DNA of 64,000 nucleotides from positions 7,006,001 through 7,070,000 of the forward strand of contig OX597837.1 of the NCBI GenBank assembly GCA_951406725.2, read 5' to 3'. The notes below the pieces were generated by a model that had not been told where the DNA came from, made no database searches, and saw only the letters and a program-made list of their open reading frames with translations. Position numbers and translations under genes: made by a program. Below, one piece after another: positions 1-14,595 of the stretch. Origin of the DNA: Octopus vulgaris. Taxonomy: Eukaryota. How positions within the stretch are numbered: the stretch's first letter is position 1; every line of letters starts with the position of its first letter.

Positions 1-326
1 CAATTTCCACAAAACTGGCCGAGTATACATGTGGAGACAGCCAAAAGAAGCATTTGACCCAAACTGCCTTCTTCCAACTGTTACTCATGGAGAAAGATCT
101 GTGATGATCTGGGCATATTTATCTTGGAAATCCACCGGCCCAACGGTTTCCTTCCATGGCATAATTAATAATCAAGACTATTGAAGCATTTTATCTGATC
201 AAATTCATCCTATGGCTGTGGAACTATTTCCGGATGGAAACGCAATCTTTCAGGATGATAATGCACCAATTCTCACAGCTAAAGTTGTTACTGAACGGCA
301 GGAGGAACATTCTAGTGAAGTTGAAG
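1..326 (+). mobile_element. Tc1-like transposase fragment (decayed)
   Basis: Frame +2 reads GRVYMWRQPKEAFDPNCLLPTVTHGERSVMIWAYLS...DY*...IFQDDNAPILTAK, typical of the Tc1 DDE region. It has an in-frame stop and is truncated. Confidence 0.85.
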
Positions 327-439
327 GGATAGAGGTATCCATAGGCACTCCTGGTATTACCTCAGTATGTATGGTCCTTGTTGTAAGGCATACAGTAGTA
401 GGTAATTTAAAGATAAAACCGTGGTTTAATATATACAGA

Positions 440-562
440 GACGATAAGAAATGGAGCGATAAGCAGTGAGAAGTGGATCTTTGGCGTTATAAAGTCATTA
501 TTCAGTCATTTATAACACCAACGATCCACTTTTCACTGTTTATTGCTCCATTTCTTATCGTC
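440..562. repeat. Imperfect inverted repeat (54-bp arms, 15-nt loop)
   Basis: 440-493 is the reverse complement of 509-562 with 5 mismatches. Confidence 0.9.
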
Positions 563-606
563 ATTATATACATGTATATACATATATATATACATATACA
601 CATATG

Positions 607-675
<69 letters not shown>

Positions 676-677
676 CA

Positions 678-1297
678 TAATAAATATAAGGGTAGCAAAA
701 AATTCTAGAAAAAATTCTCCGCTACCAGCGGTCTAGTGAGAAAGAAAATATAGTCAAAGACTATATAATATACATTCAACAATATAAGGAATGGCCATAT
801 AGGACATTCGACTCACTAGAAAGGGCAGCCAACCTCAAACCGCTAAATAGTTGTAATTCTGAAATAGAAAGAGAAATAAAAACGTTTACCCCTTCATCTC
901 TGGACTATGCATAGTTTCGGCAAACTTAGGCAAATGAATTAATTAAATTAAATTAAATTCATTTACATCTGGCGTGCCTCGTCAGCAGAGAGCCTAGGAC
1001 GAGTATATGTCCACGAGGCTATGGTAATATGCTCTAAATTTTCAAAATTCCACCGCGATCGTGCGGTCAACTCAGCAGCAAATATATACTCTTGTTTTAA
1101 TTTCAAAATTAGCCAAAAAATCATTAATTAATAAATATAAGGGTAGCCTTCATTTGCCTAAGTTTGCGAAACTATGCATAGTCCAGAGATGAAGGGGGTA
1201 AACGTTTTTATTTCTCTTTCTATTTCAGAATTACAACTATTTAGCGGTTTGAGGTTGGCTGCCCTTTCTAGTGAGTCGAATGTCCTATATGGCCATT

Positions 1298-1305
<8 letters not shown>
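678..1305 (-). mobile_element. Non-autonomous HHR-bearing Penelope-like/retrozyme-like element, family H1
   Basis: Flanked by (AT)n on both sides. 19-bp direct repeat at 678-696 and 1129-1147. Inverted duplication 782-938 vs 1149-1305. Contains the HHR at 897-991. Similar to 56738-57238 and 4480-4585. Confidence 0.75.
897..991 (-). ncRNA. Type I hammerhead ribozyme motif (GUC site)
   Basis: Minus strand: ucucug CUGACGA ggca..(52 nt)..ugcc GAAAC uaugcaua GUC cagaga. 6-bp helix I, intact core, palindromic helix III. Confidence 0.88.
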
Positions 1306-1368
<63 letters not shown>

Positions 1369-2122
1369 AACACACATATGTATATAATATATATATACAT
1401 AAAATCTATTTCATCCGATGACATAGCTCAAATTACTGATTATTTTCAAAAAAATATTTTACATTTGGTATCAGTGCAGACACGTAGGTTTATTATTAAA
1501 TATGATAGTATAAGCTATTTACCTGTTTTTTTTTTTTTAGTTATAAAACAAATCTGAGATATTTGAATTTTTTATCGTTATATAAAGATTGATCTAAATA
1601 TATTGTGAAATGGCCGTTGGCAACGAAAAATCCAACGTCAAATTTCAGTGCTGTCCTGTTGATGACGCTTATTGATGCAGAATCACGTGGTGACAGCTGC
1701 CTACTTGTCTTCCACAAAAGAAAAAATAAATAAATAATAAAAAGCTTCTTCAGCACTTTTTTCAATTCTATAGATTATCTGCCCTTCTTATCATTTGCTA
1801 CTAGGGGTTTGCTTACTTCTTTCGGAACGAAGATAGTTTTAACAAACCACGAATACATTTTATATAGTATTAAGCACGCTTTCCTTCAACTTTTTGTTTA
1901 CATATTTCTGTATACATATAAACACACACACACATGTAATATAATATTATATATATATATATATGTATGTATGAATATATACACACACATATATATATAT
2001 ATGTATATATATGTGTATGTATATACATATATATACATATATATATATATATGTATATATACACATATATATATACATATATATATACACATATATATAT
2101 ATATATATACATATATATATAC

Positions 2123-2200
<78 letters not shown>

Positions 2201-3054
2201 TCACTTTAGCGTGTGCTGGTATGTATTACAGTTGCTCGCATTTGTACTGTACCCAAGAAAGACATATATAAAAAAAGATTTTGCAATACAAAATAATAAA
2301 CGATATTGATCAAATAACAAAGCGGATATCTAAAATGGCGTCACATTTGAAATTACTGATTTGAAAAATCAAAATGAAGGCACGTTTCGCAGTATCGATT
2401 TGTGATGATAACTAAGCCATAGAAAATATTTCTGTAAAAAAAAAAAAAATTACTTTAGATTACGAATGGCTACAAGAATTAAATTATTGATTTTGATAAA
2501 AGGATAACAAACAAATAATAAACGAAATATGAAAGACCAAGTGAGAGAGTGAGAGAAGGAAAAATATAATGATTGTGATGGCTAGAGAATTGGTTTTGAA
2601 GTTAAACAAAACGTTCTCTATGATTTAAACGCAGGAGTTACCAGTTTATTTATAATAAAATTGTAAAAAACTTCATTATTTTCAAATGACCCATATTCCA
2701 AGTTGTAAATATGTCACGATCTTCCCAGACCTACCCCTGTATATCAAATATACAAAACAATATGAAAATTTTTATAAAAATAGTAAATGTTTAGATTTTT
2801 GTCTTTTGTATTTTTTTTTTTTTGCTTTCTTGAATAAAAAGAAAACCAAACAAATTTGGCGCAAAATAATGATTTAATTCAATGAAATTCGACTACTCCT
2901 GCTTAGAAAAATTTATATTATTTTTTGTTGATTTTTAAAATTCTGTTCTTTTTTCTTTTTGTTTTTTGTTTTTTGATTGTTTGTTTGCTTAAATAGTATA
3001 AATATGAACAAAGAATTCAGACTTTGTGGCTGCAACACAACACAATACAAGTAA

Positions 3055-3780
3055 ATAACAACAACAGCAACGACAAGAACAACAACGATGACGAGGATGA
3101 GGGAGAGGAAAAGGAGGGTGGGAGATGGGGGTGGAGGATGATAACGATGAGATCATAATCAGGAAGAAGGGAAGGAGGTGGAAGAGGAGTTATGAGAGGA
3201 AGAGTAGAGGAAAGGGGGAGTGAAAGTAGGAAGAAAAGGAGTATTGTGAAAAAGAAGAAGGAGGAGGAGGAGGAGGAGAAGAAGAAGAAGAAGAAGAAGA
3301 AGAAGAAGAAGAAGAAGAGAAAAGCGTGGAAGATAAAAAGGACGTCCACAACGATGATGACAAAGACAACGACGATGGTAACGAGGATGGCGACGACTTT
3401 CATAATGAAGCTGATGATAATGGTGGTGGTGGTGGTGGTGGTGGTGGTGGTCATGGTGGTGGTGGTGGTGGAGGTCTTGGTGCTGGTGGTGGTCTTGGTG
3501 CTGGTCATGGTGGTCTTGGTGCTGGTGGTGGTGGTGGTCATGGTGGTGATAGTGGAGGTCTTGGTGGTGGTGCTGGTGATGGTCTTGGTGGTGGTGGTGG
3601 TATTGGTGGTGGTGGTGGTGGTCATAGTCGTCGTGGTCTTGGTGGTAGTGGTGGTAGTGGTTGTGGTCTTGGTGGTAGTGGCGATGATGATGATTAAGAG
3701 GAGGAGGAGGAGGAGGAGGAGGAGGAGGAAGAGGAAGAAGAGGGGGAGGCGGCGGACGACGACGACGACAATGATGATAT
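3055..3780. repeat. Trinucleotide microsatellite mosaic (GAA/GAG/GAT/GGT)
   Basis: Consecutive degenerate triplet runs. Confidence 0.95.
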
Positions 3781-4356
3781 TGATTTTGATAGCTGAATGC
3801 TTTTCAGATTTTTCAAAACTTTAAGTTGAAATGAAATTTTTGCAATGTCGTCGTCTTTTGAAATAAAGCAACATTTGACGCTTCTTGTATTCATGTTGAA
3901 GATAAACAATGGCCGTCGCCATGAATATTTCTATCGTTTTTTTTTCTAGGTTCATTGATCAAGAAAATAAGCTCCTTCACCATCAATGAGTGTGGCGCGG
4001 TTTCATTTTAAGTCCGATCTCTTACCTTTACGAAACCACTTGCCCTCTCTTTCATCATTTGTTTGATGTGATCTTTTTCCTTTTTTTTTATATTTGCTGT
4101 AATATTTTCGTCAAATCTGTCTGCAACATAACTTCCGGTTTGTAACCCATATACGTACGTACATACATACATATATACATATATAAATGGGAATGCTGGG
4201 ATATTGAAATTCCAATGAAGGAGAAATCTTGAGAAATCAGCATTCTGTAAACCAGAAAGGGGAAAGCTAATTCGAAGATTACCGATTCAAGCCATCAATG
4301 AAAATGTAAAAATTTGTAAAGCTTTCCCGTTCTTGTACCATTTTGTATTATATATA

Positions 4357-4428
<72 letters not shown>

Positions 4429-4431
<3 letters not shown>

Positions 4432-4585
4432 ATTAAGGGCTCCTAAATAAGGATGCATATTTAGGAGCCCTTAATTATATTTCTAATAATATTTTTCATA
4501 TGAATAATATTTTGTCTAATGACTAATTCGTCTTTTGTGCTGGGCCACTGGTAGTAATCTATATTATTACCCTTCTGATTATATT
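4429..4585 (+). mobile_element. Terminal fragment of family H1 with a short foldback, no HHR
   Basis: Reverse complement matches 56770-56825 (taccag..cctagcacaaaagacgaattagtcattagac). Hairpin aattaagggctcctaaata/tatttaggagcccttaatt. Lies between (AT)n and (AC)n/(AT)n tracts. Confidence 0.7.
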
Positions 4586-4591
4586 CACACG

Positions 4592-4690
<99 letters not shown>

Positions 4691-5246
4691 GTAACGAGTT
4701 AAAAAGAAAACGTATAATAAATGCACAAGCAAACAGAAAAAAGACATAGAAGTTCACCAAATCTTCATCAGTTTTTGACCAGAGGGTCAAAAGTAATTTC
4801 GAGACTTCAACGATAGTATCGTTCCCCTGTAATGGCGCCGACACCAAGAAACCGCCGGGAAATTTCGAGGTGTAAATATGTATGTGCACACATAAGTATA
4901 TTTACGTGTCTTCTGTTTCCTCCTTCAGTCATTTGACTGAGACCATGCTGTAGAACCGGGTACAAATATATACTTATACCCAATTAGATGATGTTAAAAC
5001 TGAAGCGGGGTATCGTAAAATGTCATTATTAGATAGAAGGTGCACAACACACGATGTATCTAGGGTAAAACATTTATTTTTTGAGTTTCGATCAAATCAA
5101 AATCAGCGTAGGGATCACGCAGCTTTATTAATAAGCTTCAGAAAGCTGGACTGGATTGGTTCAAGAATAAAATGTACAGACACAGACAAACACACAAACA
5201 CAGGCACATACACACATACACTCAAACGTATATATAAATATATATA

Positions 5247-5286
<40 letters not shown>

Positions 5287-5308
5287 TATGTGTTTATATA
5301 TGTGTTTT

Positions 5309-5358
<50 letters not shown>

Positions 5359-5370
5359 CATATATAAATA

Positions 5371-5737
5371 TGTGGAGGCGCAATGGTCCAGTGGTTAGGG
5401 CAGCGGACTCGCGGTCATAGGATCGCGGTTTCGATTCCCAGACCGGGCGTTGTGAGTGTTTATTGAGCGAAAACACCTAAAGCTCCACGAGGCTCCGGCA
5501 GGGGATGGTGGTGATCCCTGCTGTACTCTTTCACCACAACTTTCTCTCACTCTTACTCCCTGTTTCTGTTGTACCTGTATCTCAAAGGGCCGGCCTTGTC
5601 ACTCTCTGTGTCACGCTGAATATTCCCGAGAACTACGTGGAGTGCTCAGCCACTTACACGTTAATTTCACGAGCAGGCTGTTTCGTTGATTCGGATAAAC
5701 CGGAACCCTCGTCGTCGTAACCGACGGAGTGATTCCA
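5371..5737 (+). mobile_element. tRNA-derived SINE, family C (tRNA-Arg-like head)
   Basis: Head ggcgcaatggtccagtggttagggcagcggactcgcgg..ggtttcgattcc with A/B boxes. Recurs near 25283, 47745 and 49108. Confidence 0.85.
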
Positions 5738-6055
5738 CATAAAAATATATATACATACACACATTTTGCTCGTGGGTGCGTATATATGGAGGGCAAGAAA
5801 GTTAGACATACATGGATGCGAGCGTGCGCACGTGCATATACATATACACGCGTGCGCACATGCATACATATAAATATGACGTGTTTATTTATTCATACAT
5901 ACATGTATATGCTGAGTAGGTTCGGCTTTAAATGAATGAACAATGTGTGTATATAAACACAGATATATGTATGTGTGTATGTACGAATTGCTGATACACA
6001 CACACACATACATACCTATATCTGTATATGCATATACATATATATATATGTATGC

Positions 6056-6098
<43 letters not shown>

Positions 6099-6195
6099 TT
6101 TATATATGTATGTATGTATATGTATATATATATATATGCACACCTTTGTACGCATGCACAGCCGTATATGCATGCACCTGTATGCATATCTAAAT

Positions 6196-6255
<60 letters not shown>

Positions 6256-6362
6256 TATGTATAAATTCATATCCGTATCGTATGTATATATGTATGTATG
6301 TGTATACACACACGCACACACATATATGCCTATAGATATTCATATATATATATATTTGCATA

Positions 6363-6409
<47 letters not shown>

Positions 6410-7431
6410 GCATATATATATATATATATGAATATCTATAGGCATATATGTGTGTGCGTATGTGTATACACATACATACATATATACATACGATACGGAT
6501 ATGAATTTATACATATGCATATATGCATATATGCATATATATACATGATGTGGAACGCCAAGATTGCATCGGCATGGCTTTTAAAAGTATTGATTATCAT
6601 TTAAAGCTACTACGGAATCTAAATATGGTTCGTTTCTTAAGAACTAGCATATGTTCTGACGTAAATAACGTTATGAAGAGTGTGGCGGTCTTCCTGGGAT
6701 CCAATGATGTCTTATGAAAGATCTGTAACTATAGTAACTGAAATCCGAAAATGAAGAACGCATAAATGTATACAAAAAATACCAATGTTGGTGAACTATT
6801 ATGCTTCAGAGCACCCGTCTAACGAAATATATGCATATCTTAGTATATTAGATTGCGTGTACATATGCATATATAAGCACACACACACACGCGCGCATAT
6901 ATATATGTATAGGTGCATATATAGAAATACATATGCGTGTGTATATACATGTGTGTACGTATATATATGAATATATGCATATTTGTGTGTGTGTATGTAA
7001 ATATATATACATATATATATGTATATATACATATATATATACATATATATACGCGCACAAATACGAGCATGGATATTAATTGTCGTGTGCAGGAAAATAT
7101 ATTCATATATATATATGTGTGTGTGTATAGGTATATATGCAGGCATGAGGGGATTTATGTTTGTGGGTATGTGTACGTCTGTGTGTGGGCGTGTGCGTAT
7201 GGGCTTGTTATGCTTTTACATGTAAGAAGCAATATATACATATATACACATATATATGCATATGTACTTGCACATATATATACATATATACACAAATATA
7301 CATATACCCTCTACAGGCATATGTGTTTGTGTGTGTGTGTGTGTTATGTTTCCGTATAGATGGTCGTTGTGTATGCAGACATACACATCTATAGACATAT
7401 GGGAAAGATTTGTGTATGTATCTGTATCTAT

Positions 7432-7494
<63 letters not shown>

Positions 7495-7672
7495 GATTTG
7501 CCCCGACTTGCTCATATATATATATATATATATATATATACGTATAAGCACGTGCAAAAACGCTCATATACATAATATATATATACATATATATATACAT
7601 AACATATATATGTATTTGTGCGTGTGTATATTTTTATGCATATGCATGTATATATGTACGTATTTCGTATAA

Positions 7673-7708
<36 letters not shown>

Positions 7709-8229
7709 TCAATTATATACATATACACGCATTCATACATACATGTTAAATTACCTATAGTGTTCTTGTTAACATTAAAACATCTCGATATTAAAAAACA
7801 TATATATTCCTCCTCAAGAATGTTAAGTAATCGTTGTGGTAGGAGGAAAAATGAGAAGAAGTGGGGGAAGAGAAGTAAGAGGAAGAAAATCATTCAATGA
7901 TGGCGGCTTTAACGTCACATCTCAACCTATACGTAAGCCATAGGGATTTGAATTTGCACGCTAGTATGCTAGCAGCTAAAGCCTATTACGATTCGGTTTC
8001 TGCAAATGTCAGAAGGTAAAGAAGGAGTTAAGCATTTTTAATATCAAGGATATAGCTTGCATATTTTGCCCCGTATGATATACACTTTTAAACACCGCTT
8101 CTTTTCTTGTACATAATTTAGCTCTCACAGAGACATTTATGTTACCGCTTACTAAGTTCATATATGTGTAAGAGTGTGTACGTAGTGCGTATATGTGGAC
8201 TGGTAGAATAATCATGAAAAGGTATATAG

Positions 8230-8283
<54 letters not shown>

Positions 8284-8654
8284 TATGGATATTTATATGT
8301 ATGTTATATGCAACTTTGCCTTCATATTTGACTAAGTATCCTTGCGTATATATGTACATACGCATCTGCTCATATGTAATATATTTGTGTGCGTGCGTGT
8401 GTGTGCGTGTGTGTGCGTGTGTGTATGTGTGTGTGTATGTGTTAATATAAGTGTATACAAAATGTCTGCCAAAATGCATTGCAGAAAAGTATATATGCAT
8501 GTATGCATTTATATACCTACATACAGACAGACCTACATACATACACATCTACATACATACAGACATTATATATATGTATATATGTGTGTGTGTATGTATA
8601 GATAGATAGATAGATAGATAGATAGCTACATACATACATACACATAGACATATA

Positions 8655-8697
<43 letters not shown>

Positions 8698-9039
8698 TAA
8701 ATAATATAATTTAAAGAAAAAACAAAAATTAGATAATTATCTTGTATTTATGACTTACATTAATAGAACAAACACATTAAGACATTCAGAAACTATTAAA
8801 AGTATTATTTAAGAGTATATTAGGAATAACATTTATACGAAATAAGAATATATAAGAAAATATAAACAAGAAAACACTCAATATGTGGAGGTGATATAGC
8901 GAATATAAGAAAACCTTATTAAAAATTAAAAATTTAGTATTTAGAATTAAAAATTAAAGGTTAGAAATTATATTGATGACAGTGAGAAACCTTTATGGGG
9001 AATTTAAAAGTCAATATAATTTATTTGTTTTAAGAGTTC

Positions 9040-9101
<62 letters not shown>

Positions 9102-9123
9102 TGTTATAATAACAGAGAAGAGG

Positions 9124-9219
9124 TATTTCTACGGCCGTTTCAGTAGGAGTACATTTGTCTTGGTAAGGTGGGAATTTTATAATTCACGTATAGATAATGT
9201 GCCCTTCATCAGGGAAATA
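9124..9219 (-). ncRNA. Type I hammerhead ribozyme motif (GUA site, long domain II)
   Basis: Minus strand: uauuucc CUGAUGA ag..(64-nt domain II)..cu GAAAC ggcc GUA gaaaua. Helix I needs one unpaired C. About 25 bp from an (AT)n tract. Confidence 0.75.
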
Positions 9220-9700
9220 GAGATGAAGGTTCGAAAGAAGATATAGGGTAAAGAAATTTCATTTAAGGTTACATTATGCTGGTCACTAGTTATGAGGTTA
9301 GATATTAACTACTTTTGTATCGAATTGGTTAGGCATGATGGGAAAGCAGAAATTTTGAAATAATAGATATGTTGTTATTACATATTATGAAGTGTTCTAT
9401 GTAATAAGGAATGATAAAGAAATTAGAGCGCAAAACTCGCCATTTATTAAACCGTGCTTTATTGTAATATGTGCTATTATTGAACAGTTCATAAGTAATC
9501 TTCATTTGCGGGTTAAAAAGTCTGCTAATGGTTTCATGCAAGATGAAATCTCACAATTATCAAACCAGCCACATGGGATTGTTAGTTCCCGTCTCCATCT
9601 TGGATGAATCGAACGTTTCCATATTGTAGGTTTGGTAATTTTTAGAGGAATATTAAGTATGAAACCATTGGTATCCTTTTTAACCTACGAATAAAGTATG

Positions 9701-9744
<44 letters not shown>

Positions 9745-10799
9745 TATATATATATGCATATATACATATATATACACATACATATGTATATAATATATAT
9801 ATATTATACATACATATATATGCACATATGCACAATCACACATACACACATATACATTCATACAAATAGTTAAATAGATAGATAGATATAGAGAGAGATA
9901 ATAAGAGAGAAAGAGAGTGAGAGAGAAAGAGAAAGATGTTGCATGTATGTATGTATATTTTATGAATGTATGTATGTATGTATGTATGTATGTATGTATG
10001 TATGTATGCATGTATATATGTATGTATGCATGTATGTATGCACATATGTACGTGTGTACGAACCAAGAAGCATGAAAGCAAGTGACCCCATAATCCAAGA
10101 TCAGAAGTCTGGATGACAGAAAACTTCATTGATATCCATCTTTACCGTTGTCGTGTAGGCTACAATCAAACTGTAATTCAGAAATGGAAACGTAAACGAA
10201 ATGCTGGAAAACGAAAATGCGATATCAGTTTTTGCCATTTGTGCAGAGCTAACCAACTAATTAGAACAACGTCGTGGCTTTTGTGGTAGAATCATGCACT
10301 TTTCAGTTTTCTTACTACGCAACCGTTTCGTGATTGTCCCTTCTATTAGTGCTCCCTCACTTGACAGAAATGAATCTGTAACAGGTTTCTGTCAAGATTA
10401 TAGATCAGTCGTAATCTTCATTCCAAAAGCAGATAAGATCTTCCAACGCGCCCGTGTTCGATGTGATTACGAGATCTGGGATGCACTAGGGAAATATGGT
10501 CTCAGTATGAGAAACAGTAATGTTTTTCACCTTCGTTTTTCAAGAAAAGTCATTGTATCAGATTTAAATATCTACATGTACTCTTAATGTTTGTGGGCGC
10601 CGAAAAATCTTTCGACTAAGAATACGGAGGTAATATTGAGTAAATACTCTTTACGTACAGTAGACCAAAAGGAATTGACCCCAGCACTTTTTGTCGAACG
10701 GTAACCTATGGGGACGTAAAAACCAAAATCCGTTCTCATGTGTCGGGAGAGAGACACAAGCACAAAGACATATATACTACATACACATTTACACACACA

Positions 10800-11208
<409 letters not shown>

Positions 11209-11209
11209 C

Positions 11210-11381
11210 GCGACGGGTTTACATAGAGTTACCGCCTACCGAATCCACTCGCGAAGGCTTTGATCTACCCAGGATTATAGTAGTAAGCTCTTGCTCAAGG
11301 TAGCACGTAGTGAAACAAAACCCGCAACCACGTGATTGAGAAGCAGACTTCTAACCGCGCAGCCACGCCTGCGCCTGCGCC
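11210..11381 (-). mobile_element. SINE family B, degenerate 5' half
   Basis: Diverged similarity to 31889-32052. Confidence 0.65.
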
Positions 11382-11968
11382 TACATCTTATGAGGAGAAG
11401 CTTCTTGAGGATAAACATAGAAAGGAAATATTTTATTGTTAATTATTTTTTTTTAATCTCCTTTATCATTTCTGACAGAAACAGAATTTTTCAGTTTTAT
11501 ACCTTTTTGATGTCTTTTTAGTTTTATTTCTTTTGATGCGTTTTTATATTTGTATTTCATGTTATTTAACGTTGTCTTCTTCATGTTAAAGAAAAAACAG
11601 TCAGCTTATGCTAAGAATTTGTCTTTTGAATTGTCTGTACTTTTAGAATGTATTAGATTTTTAGGTTATTATTTCTATATTTCAGTTGCTTTTATTTTTC
11701 GCTTTATATACAACTGTTTACATCTCCATTCAGTCTTCTGTATTCTGTTAGTGATTACTAATATAATTGTATAAATAAATAATATATACACTGCATACAT
11801 ATGCAAGTGTGAGTGTGTGTGTATATATATATGTGTATATATATATATACATATGAATGTATATATGTATATATATATATATATGCATGTATATATGTAT
11901 ATATATGCATGTATACATATACGAATGTATATATTTATGTATACATATGAATGTACGTATGCATGGCT

Positions 11969-12023
<55 letters not shown>

Positions 12024-12144
12024 TAATTATACACACACCATAACTACCAATGTATGCACGCATGTGTATATATATTTATATGCATATATATATATATACA
12101 TATACATACGTTCATATATACGTAATCTTATATACATATCGTTA

Positions 12145-12168
12145 TTGTTTTTGTTATTATCATTATCG

Positions 12169-12209
<41 letters not shown>

Positions 12210-12217
12210 GTTATTGT

Positions 12218-12249
<32 letters not shown>

Positions 12250-12302
12250 ATGGTAATCATATTGATGTGGCTGCTGTTATTGTTGCTGTTGTTATCATTG
12301 TT

Positions 12303-12333
<31 letters not shown>

Positions 12334-12340
12334 CCGTCAT
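12145..12340. repeat. (TTA)/(TTG)/(TCA) microsatellite
   Basis: Direct inspection. Confidence 0.95.
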
Positions 12341-13405
12341 TATAAAATGTGTTCTTTTTCGTAAGATGGCAACGTGTGATTTGAAGTCGATTTAGCTATT
12401 ATTATATTCTTCTTTTTTTTTGGCAAACTACACTCTTTCATTGAGCTTCAAACGTACTTCGAGAGTTTGCTTTGTCTGTTAGCGATACATGCACTCGAAT
12501 ATTACTAACTGGACCGTAATGACAAAATCTGTTGGCAGAAACTCCAGCAGAAATTCGCACTGGGGTGCCAAGCTCTAAGAGGCATTCTACCAACTTTAGC
12601 GCTTAATCCAAGTATCCGAGAATAACCCTGCCGGTTACCATCTTTTAAAATAAATGGACTGCTGTTGGTACTTTGTGTATATACTTTAATGTTTCATTAG
12701 GTTTTGTACATCTGTGTCTAAACTCTAATGTGATGTTAAGATTAATTAAGTATTTGAGATTGCTCTTGACTGTAATTAAGCTGAAACCGTTATATGCATG
12801 AACAAGATTTTTGCTCAAGTTGGTTATTCGTGTGAAATGGGTTTTAAATACACCATATCTATATAGGCCACAATGTAATAAAATTAACTTACTGTAAAAC
12901 ATACAGGTCCGTTTATTCACATACTTCTTCAACGTCCTATACTCCGATAACGGCGTCCAATATTTACAAGTATTCTTTTGTAATCCGCATAGACACTAAC
13001 CCGTGTCAGTTCCATGTCAGTTGCCTGACGAGCTCTCTAATCTATTACTTTAAAAGTAACCAATAAATGTGCAAATTATTAATGGATAACCATTTCGTAT
13101 TACGGTATAACCAATATACACATACATTTCGAAATCGTGTCAGATGTGCAAACAATACTTTTTCAAAATATATTTGAGATTTTAAAGATAGATACTCAAA
13201 TTTAGATTTCAAATAGAAAAGTTTGGAGCACGGGTACCAATACGAACATCTTAAATGCTGTTTTGTTTTTAACATATCTGAGAAAGAAAGTATTTTGTTC
13301 CTTTCTCGAAATATTTTGAATATATATTCCGAGCGCATATTTCTTTTTCAGACGTAAACATTCATTTTTATTATAAGATATCATGAGCTTACAAAAATTA
13401 ATTAG

Positions 13406-13479
13406 CTTCCTGGGCAAAAAAATTGAACCCAGGTATGTCGCGTGACAGACGGGGATAATAACGACTATACCACTGAGAA
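13406..13479 (-). pseudogene. tRNA-Asp(GTC) pseudogene
   Basis: Minus strand ttctcagtggtatagtcgttattatccccgtctGTCacgcgacatacctgggttcaattttttgcccaggaag is collinear with the eukaryotic tRNA-Asp consensus (TCCTCGTTAGTATAGTGGT..TATCCCCGCCTGTCACGCGGGAGACCGGGGTTCGATTCCCCGACGGGGAG). The stems are disrupted. Confidence 0.75.
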
Positions 13480-13914
13480 GTGCTTTATATTAACCATTTT
13501 ACACATGCACACACACACATACACACAATATTTCATATTTTATTCACCTATTTCTCTCTCAGTTTCATCTTGTTTTCAATTCTGCTGCCTATTTCTAACA
13601 TATTTAATAAGCTCTGTGTTAGCAAACCTCGCTGCACTTTTACAATTTTTATATTGTTGCTCTCCGCCGTTTACGTCATTCGATTTTCCTCTCTATATCA
13701 ATTTTCCTATTTAATTCACTCCTTCCTATGTCACTTTCCAAGAATCTCTATAAAACTGATTTTTATTCATCTTTCTTTTTGCATTTCTTTCTTTCTTTCT
13801 CTTTTTATTTATTTATTGACGTACATTATACTCTACAACACTGCGTAAATTAAAAATATTTTTATGACTTTTCAAAATAAATGTCTATAAACATCTAATT
13901 TCTTTCTCAAATCA

Positions 13915-13958
13915 CTTTACCCTGATGAGCCGAAAGGTGAAACTCGAAGTTTAATAAG
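13915..13958 (+). ncRNA. Decayed hammerhead motif
   Basis: CUGAUGA gcc-gaaa-ggu GAAAC ucgaa GUU. Core and helix II are good, helix I pairing is lost. Confidence 0.5.
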
Positions 13959-14316
13959 AGAATTTCCAGGTTCTATTATATATTGAACAACACCACACCT
14001 GACATTGTGTAAGTTTTTCTTCTTGTCTGTGTGCATGCATTAACATGCATTTCGCTTTATTTAATATAAAAACACCGACACACAGAAAACAGACACACAC
14101 ACGTGTATATATATATATAGACCATTGTTTGTATATATGTGTATATATAGATATAAATATTTACGCATATATTATTATTTATGTCTTTATAAGTATGTAG
14201 GTATGTGCGTATATATAGTGATGTATGTACACACACAAACACAAACACACATACATATATATATATATATATACATATATATAGCTAATGCATAAATATA
14301 TATACATATATATAAG

Positions 14317-14357
<41 letters not shown>

Positions 14358-14504
14358 GCATTCATTAAAATAGATATAAATATGCATAAACATACATATA
14401 GACGTATATGATATATATACATACACATACACACGTATACACACATATTCATTAAAATGGGTTTATACATGCATATATATACACGTACATATATATATAT
14501 ATAT

Positions 14505-14595
<91 letters not shown>

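Noticed and set aside
3326-3697. Gly/His-rich ORF (GHGGLGAG) resembling cephalopod structural proteins
   Set aside because: Almost all Gly codons are GGT, the start is GTG, there is no signal peptide, and it is embedded in a triplet-repeat mosaic.
4750-4795. Minus-strand CUGAUGA near (AT)n
   Set aside because: No downstream GAAAC/NUH. At most an HHR remnant.
5371-5445. tRNA-like heads of SINEs as tRNA genes
   Set aside because: The cloverleaf is incomplete and each head continues into a SINE body.
7935-8005. Faint minus-strand tRNA-Ser-like pattern
   Set aside because: Too degenerate to support by eye.
10060-10180. Possible minus-strand exon; similar candidates at about 3950-4020 and 12500-12645
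   Set aside because: Stop codons in the usable frames and no recognisable homology.
13025-13040. CUGACGAG; similar isolated cores near 41425, 48383 (minus), 57273 and 60155
   Set aside because: No compatible GAAA-helix III-helix I arrangement.
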